DNA of 64,000 nt, taken from assembly GCF_018350175.1 (NCBI RefSeq), contig NC_058368.1, positions 167,340,001-167,404,000 of the forward strand, read 5' to 3'. The position numbers were made by a program, and so were the translations under genes. This document shows positions 50,430 through 63,589 of the stretch, in pieces. Each line of letters begins with the position of its first letter. The first letter of the stretch is position 1. Below the pieces are notes generated by a model that was not told the origin of the DNA, ran no database searches, and was given only the letters and a program-made list of their open reading frames with translations. Source of the stretch: Felis catus. Lineage: Eukaryota.

Positions 50430-51300
50430 CTTTCCGGGTGTTACTTAATTTTCATCAAGGGACTCGAGATAGATCTGAGACTAGGTTTATGAGTAAATTA
50501 TTTGGATGGAGTAACTAGCTCTTGAAGACAGCTAGTGAAATGGTACTTTAAAGTGGGATCGAGTTCAAGGCAATCAATGAAGAACAGAATAGCAGAGACT
50601 AAGCACAGGTCTATCTCAGGAAAAACAAAACCCACCTAAGCTGCAAACTGAACTTGTGTCAGACAGGTCTACTTCTTTACCAGATCCGATCAAGTGTTGT
50701 CGTAATGTTTGGGGTCTATATTTAAAATAAGACTTCAGAAAAGTGACAAAATTTATTTTCAAAATTTCAAACAGCTTTCCTAAGAATAGCCAGAGGAATT
50801 AAGGTGGTGTATTTCACCACAAATACATGAATCCTTGAAGGAAGAGACAACTGGTCTGTATTTGTTGCTCACCTCAATGGAGGATTAGATGCAAGGATGT
50901 GGATTCAACTATACAGAAAGTCTGATACACTAAGTACATAGAAAGGGCTGGATGATGAAAGGTATTAAAATAGATTCCACGTGTCATGACTAGGAGAAGC
51001 ATATACTTAGTATGTTTTAAAGCTGAGTGGGGTTTTATAAATAATCTAACCTCCTTCCATGGAAACCAGGTCCCTCCAGATGTTCCAGTGAAAGAGAGGT
51101 TCCTAAGTCTAATAAGTTTGGTGAGCAAAAGATATCTCTCCTTATGGAGAGTTGCAATGCATGGGGGCATTTAACACCCCAAGAAGTCTTACCTTCCCTT
51201 CCAAAGAAGGGGAAAAGAATTGACTTCAACCCAGAATTTCCCAAACATAAACTTGATATCAGATATTAGAACATCTTAAATTTCTTGATCCTTGGGACCG
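50430..51300 (+). mobile_element. Possible highly decayed L3/CR1 LINE fragment
   Basis: Weak resemblance only (ttcatcaagggact, aactgaacttgtgtcag, ggggtctatatttaaaa...tgacaaa, ggaggattagat). Confidence 0.35.
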
Positions 51301-51321
51301 CCAATCTAGATCAACTCCTTC

Positions 51322-51412
51322 CTTTTTTTTTTTTTTTAATTTTTTTTTAACGTTTATTTATTTTTGAGACAGAGAGAGACAGAGCATGAGCAGGGGAGGG
51401 GCAGAGACAGAG

Positions 51413-51444
<32 letters not shown>

Positions 51445-51571
51445 TCCGAAGCAGGCTCCAGGCTCTGAGCTGTCAGCACACAGCCTGACGTGGGGCTCGA
51501 ACTCACGGACCGTGAGATCATGACCTGAGCTGAAGTCGGACGCCCAACCGACTGAGCCACCCAGGCGCCCC
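51322..51571 (-). mobile_element. Young Can-SINE with internal (CA)n expansion
   Basis: Near-consensus sequence with several intact CpGs, a long T tract and exact TSD aactccttc (51313-51321 / 51572-51580). Confidence 0.97.
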
Positions 51572-52029
51572 AACTCCTTCATTTTGAAAGCACACTCAGT
51601 TACCTGACTGATCCCATATCTGACTAGAGTTGGACAGAGCCATAATGGTACTTAACCCATTCCACTTCGCATTTCTTAAATCCTGCTGATGTCAATGAAA
51701 GGAAGCTGTAAATCAGCACATAGGGTATTTTCCATTATTTGTCTGGAGTTTTTGCTTTTTTCCATTAAAATAAAGAAAAGCAAAGGAATGTGAGAGAAAT
51801 CCTAACTGAAAAATGAGTCACTTTCTTTAATTTGCTGGAACATGGTAAAGCGTGCAAAAGTACTAAACAAAGGTAAAATATTACTGTACAACAAACTAGA
51901 AATATAAATGTTAAATTGATGCTCTGCCGTAGTTGCACATAAAGGATTTGCTACATAGGTTTTCTATTTGTTTTGAACAATTCTACATATTCTCCACTAC
52001 TGTTCAACAATGAAAGATACCTTTGTTTT

Positions 52030-52485
52030 GGTTAGTGGTTGTTTCTGCCTATTCAGCATCAATGCCCATCTTCCTTAGGCTCAAAACCAAACCATCACCA
52101 AGAAAACTTCGAAGAGCTCCCCTTTCCTGATTTCATGCAGTCTTGGCGGGCTTGTCAATCAAGGTGCTCTTTATTCTTTTCAAAGGATAGCTATCTGTGC
52201 CAACCAAATTCCTTCTGCCAGGAACTGGAATCCCAAGTACCGTGACACAAGGAAGGGAGACATGTTAGAGATGAGAAAGTAGAATGGCTGGGTCTTGACA
52301 AGGTCATTCTAATTATCCACTTGTTTCTAGGTTCTGGATCTGCAGCATTGCCTTGGTTACTGTTCATCCTGAGGTCTTCAGTTAAACACATCAATCTCTT
52401 TACTAGCGAGAAAGTTCCTCTGTTTTTGCTTAATTTAGCTAGAAACTGATAAATACTGTTTACAAGTTGAGAACCTTAATGAAAA
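52030..52485 (+). mobile_element. Old MaLR LTR (MLT1K/L-like)
   Basis: gttgtttctgcct.ttcagcatc...cccatcttcc start; ttcctctgtttttgcttaa..tagctaga...tgtttacaa..gagaaccttaatgaaa end. Confidence 0.5.
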
Positions 52486-54654
52486 TATAGTCCTCATCTG
52501 TGGTGTACTTTGCAAATGGAGGAAGCACCACCGAGTATTCATAATTATATAAGGGTCACACAGTTGGTAATGAATTATCCCAGAAAGACAGGATATAGAA
52601 ATTGCAAGTAATATTAAAGTAACTTAAGTGTGATGGGTAAAATACAGCTGCTAAAATAGCTCGATTAAATAGGCATTTTGCGTATTTTATCTATAAACAA
52701 GGTGCCACAATTAAATATACGTATATGGGTTTGGCGATATTAATCTCGGGCTGTGTATTAATCAATCAGTTTCTGATGCTAGAAAGAATCCTACTTTCTC
52801 GTGTCTTCATTGTGTAAATTCTATCAGGGAAATGACAAGCCTCGCTTTTCAGAAATGCCTTGAACTGGAGTGTACAGTAAAATACAGATTTCCTCAAATG
52901 AATTGCCAAAACCATTAATCTTTATCTAAGGACCCATAATAACAGTTTGTTCTCAGTAGCAGGTGGGGGAGGGAGAGAAAATGTCTTCCAGAAAGCACTT
53001 TGGCAGTCAATCTGGTTGATAATAAAACTTGATGAAACATCTGTGATTAATATTAATTCTAATTCTCCCTTTAATGGATAATTGTGAAAAAGATAATTTA
53101 TCCCATTTCATTTAGACTACAGCTGAGTTTTTCAATTTAGGAAGGGAACATTTTTCCATGTTTCTCAGGTACGAGACTCCATTGCGCAAAAAAAACAGGT
53201 GCAGAAAACCTGTCAACGGCAATGCTACTTTCCAGTTAGCCCTGGAAAATATTTTGTATGAAATCAACTGACCACTGTGGTCTTGGATGTGACCCACAGA
53301 ATGGTTCTCTAAGTGGTAGACTGGTATTTCTGCATCTTCACCACTGTAGAACATTCTACATAAACCACAGAGAACTGACAATATATTTTGATCATATTTG
53401 ATTCTGCAAAGAGACTGTGAAAAATGCCCTTGTGAGTAAATGACAGTAAGCTATTTCTGACCACCAGTGTATTTCAAACTAGTTGATGATAGGAACTATT
53501 TTTGACACATGCAAATGTATAATTCAAAGTACCCATAAAAATTTGTCATGGAAGCTACCATTAATTTTGACAGAAACTAGGAAAGTAACTAATTGCCTTT
53601 CAAATATCAATATTAAGAATACCATTTATTAAACTAGCACTCTAACTCATTTATAAATGGGAAACTTGAGGTATGGGTTGAAGCCCCCTGCCCAAATTAA
53701 CACACCTAGAAAGTAATGGAGTTAAGACCCAATTCTCCTCATTCTTGTCTCATCTACTTTTCTATACTTACTAATATTTAAAAAGGAACATATCAAATAA
53801 TGGTCTTATTTTCTAGGAATCAGGACATATTATACAGTTAAAAACCTGACTGCTGTCTAACCCAATATATAAGTAGTAAATAGTGATTAAATATACATCA
53901 CTGTTGACCTTTAATCATAACCGAATCACGGCTTCATTTAGATATACTCCTTTTTTCATCAGACTCCAACTAAACATCAGGGAGAAGAAAACATAAACTG
54001 ACAAGCACGAAAGGTCATGGACAATAGGCAGCCCCCACTTCTTCAATGTACCTTCCAAAACCAAAACCCTGTATTATGTAATTAGAGTATTACAGGAACT
54101 ACTCACTATTCTGTCCTTTCTCCCCAAGCACACATTTTCCTTCTGAACTGTTGATCCAAAATGGGTATTTCTTACTGCTTGATATCATGCCCACTTCTTC
54201 TCTATTTGTATGTGGCTTTCTGATTCTTACCCCACTTACACCATTTACCACTAAAAGGAATTCATTTTATAACGAAAATTGTATACAGAAATTAAAAAAA
54301 AATGTATGAGAAATACAAAAACCCCAGAGTCACCTGGTTCTTGTTTGCATCAGTAGGGTAAAAGAAAATCTTATTTATAGATGAAGCAAATGAGATAGTT
54401 TGTTTAGTGGAGCAGAAGGAAGTATTTGTATGACAACTGAATGAGCTGCCTCCCAGAATCTTGGTCTATTTGAGTCTTTATTCTTAGACTAGCTTGGTCT
54501 CTCTGTCATCAGAGCTCCCTGGGTTGTACGCACCCTCACATAACAAAGACTGTCTCTTCTCCACACCAATGCTGAGGTTCCATTTACTCAAATCTTCCAG
54601 TCCCTGCTTCTTTCTTGTCTTGAATTCAGACCCATCTCCTCCCACCCTTTAAGC

Positions 54655-54800
54655 CAGTGTTCCCAGAGTGTGGAATGAATATCACCTGCAGGAGAAACTG
54701 CTGGAGAGTTGTTAAAAATGAAGATCCCTATAGCAATCTCATAAAATTTAATGAATCGGACTTTCTGGAAGTGGATTCCAAGAAGCTGTATTTTTAGTCC
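54655..54800. mobile_element. MER5A-like hAT-Charlie relic
   Basis: cagtgttcccagagtgtgg...tcacctg...ttgttaaaaatgaagatccct...tgaatcggactttctgg.agtgg..cca.gaagctgtattttta. Confidence 0.75.
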
Positions 54801-55028
54801 TGTCTGTCACTAAAGTCAGGATAGTGTCTTAAGCCTTGAGACCTGAATTTCACCTTGCTCCTCAAGTCAGCATGTCATGAGGTCTTCCCCCTGAAGCTGT
54901 CCTCTCTCTTTTTTGTGGACAGTGTCAATCTTGGAATTTACTTTGTTTCTCTTTGCTGTCATTTTCATGGGTATGTTTTTCTCACATTCAACTGTGAGCT
55001 CTTGGAGGAGCAAGATTACATTGAGTGC

Positions 55029-55260
55029 TTTTTTTTTTTTTTAATTTTTTCAACGTTTATTTATTTTTGAGAGAGAGAGACAGAGAGACAGAGCACTAGT
55101 GGGGGGTGGGCAGAGAGAGAGGGAGACACAGAATCAGAAGCAGGTTCCAGGCTCCCAGCTGTCAGCACAGAGCCCAACGCAGGGCTCGAACCCACAAGAT
55201 GCGAGATCATGACCTGAGTTTAAGTCAGATGCCCAATGGACTGAGCCACCCAGGTGCCCC
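55029..55260 (-). mobile_element. Can-SINE
   Basis: Full length; TSD acattgagt (55018-55026 / 55261-55269). Confidence 0.97.
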
Positions 55261-55814
55261 ACATTGAGTATTTTCTATTGTCACATTAGGTTGTCTGCAA
55301 CATTGGCCTGATGTCTACACACAGTTCAGTAAGTACTGATGGGTTGGCTAATGAGAAAATAATAATACTGAGGTGTCTCCTTCTATGACCATTGTAGATT
55401 GTTCTGTAGCCACAAATTTAATGATGAACATGTACCAACAGCCCATGTAGAGTTTAATGAATGGTTTTATATAGCATTTCTGAATATAAATATTTCAAGA
55501 AAACAGCTGCAATAAATCTTCTAAAATGGTAAACACATCCTATCAAAAGGTCAGAAATTCTGTTATTTGATTAAATAACCCAGAAAATGTTATTTATGTA
55601 GCAATTCTACTTAATAAAAACATCATAAAAGCTGATGCAAAAAAAAAAAATTAAAACTCTGCACCTATGGCAGAGAAGCTGAATGGACACAGAAGACAAT
55701 ATAGAAACAACAGAAATTCAAGTAAAGGGTATTAATATTTAGAACAATTTCTCCTCAAGTACTGGTACTTTTTATGGAATGAGCTTCCGAACATCACTTG
55801 TCATATATGGAAAA

Positions 55815-56050
55815 GAGCTAAAAGCATGAACAGTGGAGTCAGAATCCCTTTGGCTCAACTCAACTCTGGGCTCCACCACTCATGAGCCATGTAGTTTCCG
55901 ACAAGTTATTTGACCTTTCTGTGCTTCAGTTTCCTCACCGGTAAAATGAGAACTGTAACAGTGCCTAACACACAGTTGGGATAAAGTATGGATAAGACAA
56001 GATCTATAAATGTGTGGGGATGGATAAGTGGCCACTCTCTGATAGCTATG
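55815..56050 (+). mobile_element. MIR
   Basis: tggagtcaga...ggctccaccact...caagttatttgacctttctgtgcttcagtttcctcaccggtaaaatgag. Confidence 0.85.
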
Positions 56051-57139
56051 ATTATATAACCGGCTAGCATCTAGCCCTAAGGTAAATTATTTCAATGTAT
56101 TTATATGATAAGGCCCAAATGAGTTTCCCCTTCAAAAACATGCTACTCCCTATTGCCTTCCAGATAAGTTCTAAATTCCTCCGAACAGAAGTAATGGCCC
56201 TCCCTGATCTGGCCCAATCTATCCAGTGGTATTTTTCAAATACTTCCCGTTCCAGTCGGACTTGTCTTTTCATTGATGCCAGGAGTCTGGCTGTTCTGAT
56301 TTCCTTATCAGCAGAGGAGAGGCAGGTGAGAGAGGAAGTCCACGTGAGGCTCGTTCTCTGGTGCGCTGCTGGGTGGTCGCCCCATCCCTGGCAAGTGCCC
56401 CCATGAACCGGTGCCACACCCTTGCCGTTTGAAACCCTGGAACTGCCCACGGGTGCCGCGATTTCTGAACTTCGTTCTAAAGATGTTATTAATTCTCCAG
56501 GCAGCCCTTCTCCTCGTAGAATCTCTACTCCTTTTTCTTGGATGTGCAAAAATGTGTTCTAAAACTCCAAATTTGTGAAAAACTGGTGAATTTTAAAATA
56601 ACAGCATCAAGCACAACTGGTAGTAATAATGGACACAGCAATTCGCTGCTGCTGTGCCTCTTACAAACAAGGTAAAGCAGTCCCCAACACGTCATATTAA
56701 CAAGCTGAGATGTTGACACAGTTGGTCACAAGGCTTTGCAAGATATCCACCAATGCCTACGCTGTGCTATTGATTCTGTTAATCAGATTTAAGTCTCTGA
56801 AAAATGACTCAGAGTACCAAAGAGACCTACACTTTCAATAGTCTTGCTAATCATTACATGTTTTCATCACAATTGAAGTAGGGAGGGTGAAAGACACACT
56901 TGATTCTGTATTCATGTTCTGACCCCACAAGCCACTCGATAGTGCTCTACTTTGTTTTGAAAACACATACGGCCCTAGTATGTATGCTGACATGAAAACA
57001 TCCCTCTATAGGTCACATGAGCCATTTTTAGAACTGGGTTTGCCTTCGTGTCGGTAGGACTTATGTAAAGACTTGCTAGGGATGCTTGAACTCAATCTCA
57101 TTTTAACTTCTTTTAAAATATGTATTATGAATTAAGTGA

Positions 57140-57350
57140 ATAAAGAGCTGAGACTTGGGAGTCTAAGAGGGTCTGAACCCTGACTCTATTACTAACGACA
57201 GGATCTCAGGCAAGTTACTTAACCTCGCTCAGCCTGTTTCCTCATCTATACAATGGGGATAATAACAGTACCTACATCTTACGGATGAGGATACAACAAG
57301 GGAAAACAAGTCTAGTGCCTGGCACATAGTAAGCTTGCAATAAATGCTAA
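57140..57350 (+). mobile_element. MIR, near full length
   Basis: ggcaagttacttaacctc...gtttcctcatctatacaatggggataataacagtacctac...agtgcctggcacatagtaagc..caataaatg. Confidence 0.92.
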
Positions 57351-60300
57351 ATGATTGTAATTATGATTATCAGAACTCCTACCTGTCAGTCAAGGTATGA
57401 GTAAGCCTTTAACAAATGGCTGCTTCTACAATAATTGCTCTGAACTAAACTTCATTGAATTCATTGCAATATTCATTATATGGTCTCGAAATGGAATCAA
57501 CTGCCCAAAATATAAGCAAGACCTTTAAGCGATCTATTAAAAGTTAAAAATAAACTGCCTATTCATATTTTTGGCTTCAATTTTACGCTCCTTGTTTAGA
57601 TTTGTTCTTTAAAACTTAGGTTGAAAATAAAGCAAGAAATTCTAAAATCAAAGTTGAGGGCCCACTGAAACTGTTAAAACACACAGGGAAACAGCATCCA
57701 TTCAGATTTAGTCAGAGCCTGTGATAATGTACTTAAGGCAAAAATTAACTTGAAAAAATTTTTGTAAAAAAAAATTAGAAAAAGCAAATTCACATTAGAA
57801 ACTAGACATTGGAGCTAATAAAAACTGGGCAAGTTTAAATTAAAAACAGTGTCTATTCTCTATTAATGACTCAGAGACATGATTTGGTTTTAAAGATCTG
57901 GGGTAGAAAAGGGACTGCTAACTATAAACTAAAACTTAGCTAACCTCATTATAGATCAAACTAGCTGGAAATATTGTACATCTCTGAAAATAGTACAATG
58001 AGAAGATAGTATTTCAATTTCTAACAATAATACACTGGCTGGCTATTCTCCAATTTGTGATATTTCACTTCTGGGGCTCAGAATGAATTAATATTTTGTA
58101 AAGCTTTAAATTTTAAAACCAAACCTGGATGTGGCATATATACTGAAGTTCTGCTCCTAATATGAATTTTCTACCAACTGCCTAAAAATATTCGATGGTA
58201 AAGGAAGCCTGTTGCCGAAGTCCACACATTTCCCCTGTTAAACAGAGGTAAGCCATATCCCCAAGAAACTGTATTTCAAGCCCACAGGATACTCATGAAC
58301 TAAAATAGTGAATGATAATGCCTCGTTCCCTGCATTAATATTAAAGAAAAGAGAAAATAGAAAACTTTATAGCCACTATCAGCTCTCTGAACCATAAATC
58401 TCAAGTTTTGAGAATTGCTTCCCAAAAGGGTAGGGAGCGGGGGGGATGAGCTCTGAGAGCACTTTGGAGCCTAGAGATATTTTTTAGCAAGCCAGCAAAG
58501 CACTGACACAAATTTCTACATATCTCTGGCTGTGAAAAGTCTCATTTGTGGTGATTTATATTTCCTCATAAAGAACTCTGTAGATAATATAAGCCTGCTG
58601 TGAGGCTGTATGACAACTTTCAAACCAAGAGTTACATGACCATTCTGTTAAAATAGAGCAAGAACAGATGAGTGGGAAAATCTGTAGAAACAGTATTTCT
58701 TCTGACGAAAGGCCAAAATCTGGCTCTTCCAGCATGCACCTTGGTCCGAGATTCACCTTTTGCTCTGTGTGCATGTCTCCTGGATAACATTTTGGTCGTC
58801 CGTATGAGAAAGTATTATATATTTTTTTCCCCGAAGATTGACTAAGCGCGTTTGGTGTGTGCGTGCTTGTGTAATTTACAACAAATGACACTTAGACATC
58901 ATCACACTGGAGTTCAGTCGCCTTAATAAGTTACTAAGGGAAACACAGAGAATAGCATGCTGACAACCCAGAGTCAATGAAGTATAAACACTGTTATTCC
59001 AAGTGTCACTGGCGTGTTATTTCCATTTCTCCTGGCATCTGCTCTATGTAACGCTGCACATACACACAACACAGCAGCTCATTAAACTGTTTTCAGTTAA
59101 CTCTGCGACCAAATTAGTACATTACATGTTTGTAAGGCTGAGAATTGCTGCTATCCTGAGAAATTATACAATTAATCAGGTGCGTTATTTCTCTGGGAGA
59201 TGTGGCCACTTTTGACATTTAGGGATTAAAAACAAACAAACAAAAAACAACAACAAAAAACCCCAAATCCTTTCATTTGTTCCATTTCGGCATTTAGTCT
59301 CAGTGTGGTAAAAGGAAGCAAAAGGTGGCATAGTTCCTTCCTCCCCCTTAGGAGGTCAGACTCTCCATGTTCCCTCAGTCTTGTAATAGCATTTTAAATT
59401 CTTGAAAGGAGCACAAATAAAAATTATTGTTTTTGAACTTCTTATCTGAGTGTCACAGCCTTTGAAAACTTCAAACAATGCAAAGAGTACTTACGAGTCT
59501 TTAGTGTCTTACTGCTTATACCATGAATTTCCATCAAGCCCCAATTATTCAACAGCTTTTAAGCTCCCTTTGCGAACTTTAAGGCGACTCCCAAAGTCAA
59601 AACCTATTAAGCAGGGATGTTAGTTCCAGCTTCCTTTTCCACAGACCTGGTATTCATTTCTCTGATTCTAACAGTGCTTCATCTTTTAGGCAAGTCATTT
59701 ACCAGGACATGCGTTTCTTTTAAAAATCCTCCCCACCTGACCAAATAATACTGCCAACTTTTTAAAAATAATAAATTGTTTTAAAACATCCTATGCTCCT
59801 ATTAATTGCCGCCTCCACCTTTGGTTCTACTCAGACTATGTGAAACATGGGTCAAGCATCCACGATCCAACCAGGCCTGAGCTGATGCCAAGCATTCTTG
59901 TTCAGAAGGTTAACAGGGCACTTGGCAATAAACAACCGTTTTCGTGAGAGAAACGCACAATTAACATAGAAAAATATCCTGAAGTCTCTCAATATCCTCT
60001 TTTATGTTCTTTATTTAACCTTCATTTAAGAGCCCTTGAAATCCATTCATGCTTTCCAAAAAGATGGCTAGGGACAACTTGAAACAGACACAATTCTCTG
60101 AACTCATTCTTTAAATAAAAAGGTGCATTCTTGCAGGTTCACTAAAGACCACTGAAGTACACAAAAGAAATACAACAACTGTTTTCAGACACAAATCTGA
60201 TGTGTTCTAGATGAACTTCCAGTGTCCAAGTGGAGAGCAACTATTCTACTCACTGGATGTTCAAAAAAACCAAAACTTAAAAAAACAAAACAAAACAAAA

Positions 60301-60655
60301 CAAAACAGAATAAAATCGATTTTAGTGACTAAGATATACTCTGTATACGAACAATTACCATTTGATGTTTGTGCCACATTCATGCTTTTCCACTTTAGCA
60401 AATATTAAAATGTGTCAATTTCCTGACACTGCCCTTCAACTACTTTCTGTATTAATATAAATATGCCTTTCTCACTACTAAGTTTTGGGTTTACATATTA
60501 AAAAAATTATAAGAGGTGAACTAGTATTCGACCACAGTCCTGAAAATTCCAGTTCTAAACCCCTTGAATCTCAGCTGAAGTATATGCTATGGTATTTAAT
60601 GCTAAAATAAGCCTCTAGTAATAAAAACCAGTTTTTAATAATAAAAGCAAAATGT

Positions 60656-60656
<1 letters not shown>

Positions 60657-60700
<44 letters not shown>
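60657..60700. repeat. (CA)22 microsatellite
   Basis: Direct reading. Confidence 0.98.
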
Positions 60701-60704
<4 letters not shown>

Positions 60705-61204
60705 AGCAAATATTGAGTTGTTCATTTTAAGAAAGAACATGGTACTTACAGGTCACCTCCCATGCAAGAGTAAAGACTAAGAAAGATGAAAAAGATTACC
60801 TCCTGCTTTGATAAATATGCCATTTTGACACTCTTGTATTTCAGTAAGAACAACTCAGAAAAAAGGCAGATTGTTGTGAACTGACAGGACCAAAATAATT
60901 CTTAATGTCCATTACTAAGGTAAGCTGCTGAAAGACTGGATATCCAAAGGGGAATGAAGACTTCCTTAGGCATATGTAATCCTAGCATAATGTTCCTTCA
61001 GAATACAGGGCACAGACTTAAAATGTGAATCTTTCCTAGGCATTTGTGAAAATTTTTACTTAAGTATCAATGAGGGCTGTTCGAAGTGCAGTAACTTTTC
61101 AAAGGGCATACAAATTTTTGGACGTGGATTGTGGAAATCATTTTTTTGGTGGTCAACTGATCCTTTAAGAATATTTATTTTAGCCTTGGAAATAGAAAGA
61201 CTGT

Positions 61205-61335
61205 GATGATAAACTATTATTATATACCCATCTTACAGATGAAGAAAGTGAGGCTTAGTTACCCACAGACACATGGCTACTAGGAGTATAGGAAGATTCA
61301 AGGGCAAGGCTGCATTTACCAGAGTCTGTGCCTTT
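61205..61335 (-). mobile_element. MIR fragment
   Basis: tattattatatacccatcttacagatgaagaaagtgaggctt...cccacagacaca...ccagagtctgtgc. Confidence 0.8.
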
Positions 61336-61416
61336 TTCTTTTAAAACCATGTTCTACTCTCCCCTTTGAGGTATCCTCATCATATGATCAAAAAACATTA
61401 TTAAGAAGCCAGGGAA

Positions 61417-61612
61417 GGGTGCCTGGGGGCTCAGTCGGTTAAGCGTCAGACTTGATTTTGTCTCAGGTTATGACCTCATGGTGTGGGGAGTTCAAGCCCC
61501 GCAATGCACACTGTCGGCTCAGAGCCTACTCGGGATTCTCTCTCCCTCTCTCTCTCTGCCTCTCCTCGGCTCATGCTCTGTCTCTCTGAAAATAAATAAA
61601 CTTTTAAAAAAA
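61417..61612 (+). mobile_element. Can-SINE, first unit of a tandem pair
   Basis: gggtgcctgggggctcagtcggttaagcgtcagact head, (CT)n and aataaataaa tail. Confidence 0.94.
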
Positions 61613-61617
61613 GTTGT

Positions 61618-61804
61618 GGAGAGCCTGGGTGGCTCAGTCTGTTAAGCTTCCAACTTTGGCTCAGGTCACGATCTTGCAATTCATGGGTTCGAGAGCCATG
61701 CCGGCTCTGTGCTGACAGCTCAGAGCCTGGGGCCTGCTTCAGATTCTGTGTCTCCCTCTCTCTCTGCCCCTCCCCCACTTTCATTCTGTCTGTCTCCCTC
61801 TCGA

Positions 61805-61844
<40 letters not shown>

Positions 61845-61884
61845 AAAGAAAAAAGGAAAGAAAAGGAAAGAAAAAAGAAACAAA
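61618..61884 (+). mobile_element. Can-SINE, second unit of the tandem pair, with (GAAA)n tail
   Basis: gagcctgggtggctcagtc head and ggctctgtgctgacagctcagagcctgg body; tail 61803-61884 is (GAAA)n. Confidence 0.94.
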
Positions 61885-62977
61885 CCAGGGAATTGCGACA
61901 GTGGGTTCAGTAAAACCTACAGCTTCCAATTTATCTGTTTTTCTCATACATTAGCATGTAAGGAAAAAAATTGGTTTTTTTTTGTCCTTGGGTTACTAAT
62001 ATGGCATTTATTCATTCAACAAATATTTATTGAACACCATTCTAGGTGCTATTTTCTATTTCTTACCAAAAATACACAGTTTTAAATCAATACTATGGTT
62101 AAGCAGATTCTCCACATTATGGAGAGTTTGCCTGATTTTAGCAACACTTCTAGAGACACTATTACTCTACGTTCCAAATACCTGACCTGCAAATAAGCTT
62201 TTGGAACATATCCACTTGGCAAGTGAAGGACTTTCTTTATGTTAATATTCTCTGGATTTACTGAATATTCTTTTATCTTTTAAAAGGACTGTCAATAACT
62301 GTACTGTACAATCAAATGATTTCTGAAGCTGATCTTGATCACTCCTTTAAGATGTCAGAATTTAGGTTACTTATATTGTCAGTTTTAAAAATTGTGTAGT
62401 GCACATTAAAACTACCTCATAGCTTGAGGCTGTAAACTTTTAACTAAAGCACATAAAGCAAAAAATTAACAGTTTACCACCTGCATTCAAGGAGTTATAA
62501 ACTGTGGGTTTAAGAATGATGCCCATAGTAACATAGACTGTCCCCACGATTTTCTTTTTAATTTTGAAAAATGTGTACACCAAAAAGACTGGAGCGAGAG
62601 TCTTCAGCTCCCTGATTGTTCTTTTCGTTGATGTTTTCAGGATTCTAACTTCAAAGAAATGGCCTTTGTAAACTCTGCACTTCTATAGCCCTATCAGTAT
62701 GAAGGCTTACGACAAAAACAATACGCATGTACAAGTTTACTTGCCAGTGAGTTTAGGAAGAGTGTGTTCCCAAATAACCTCTCAGAAACTCCTGGATTCT
62801 GCCTGGGTGCTGTGACTATAAATCATCTTTTACTCGGAGTATCTTCTTTTAAAGACAATCAACTGTACCTTAGATGTGACAAATGCTAGAAGATTTCTTT
62901 CCCTTTTTAGTATCATTTTCAGAAAATAACATTTGTCTTCTTTACTGTAGATCTTGCATTAAAACTCATGCATTCCT

Positions 62978-63185
62978 GGGGTGCCTCGGTGGCTCAGTCG
63001 GTTAAGTGTCCAACTCTCGGTTTTGGCTCAGGTCATGATCTCATGGTTCCTGAGATCAAGCCCTTAGTCAGACTCCACCCTGATGGTGTGGAGCCTGCTT
63101 GGGATTCTCTCTCTTTCTCCACCTCTCTCTGTCCCTCCCTGCTCACTCTCTCTCCAAATAAATAAAATTAAAAAAAAAAAAAAAG
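62978..63185 (+). mobile_element. Can-SINE
   Basis: Full head, body and A tail; imperfect TSD aaactcatgcattcct / aaactcactcatttct. Confidence 0.95.
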
Positions 63186-63589
63186 AAACTCACTCATTTC
63201 TAAATTAAGTGTGCAATCATGCATGATTCAGTCTAGAGGCTGAATATTCACTGGATTTAATAAGAATTTATTTGACCCAAATGTTGGGTCAGAAAGTTAT
63301 TGTATTAAAAGGGTCACCCATCTGGGAAGATACAGTGAAATATTATTTGGAGATGGATGAGTATTCTTTGGAGAGCAGAAAATGCATACATGTGTTTAAA
63401 AAATCTATCTTGCTACTATCTGAGTTGGGATTTCCAGCAGAGTTTATAAAGTAAAATTCTCTCAGCAGTAAGGCTCACTGATTTTAACCTTTAAAAAAAT
63501 ACAAAGTAAAGTATGTTTTTGCTTTTTAAGCATATGAGACCTAGGACTTTATCTCTCCTTCCTTTTAGTTGTTTATTCACTGAATTTCC

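Noticed and set aside
56064..56549. 161-aa minus-strand ORF
   Set aside because: Non-ATG start, no recognisable homology or supported splice structure; probably a result of locally higher GC content.
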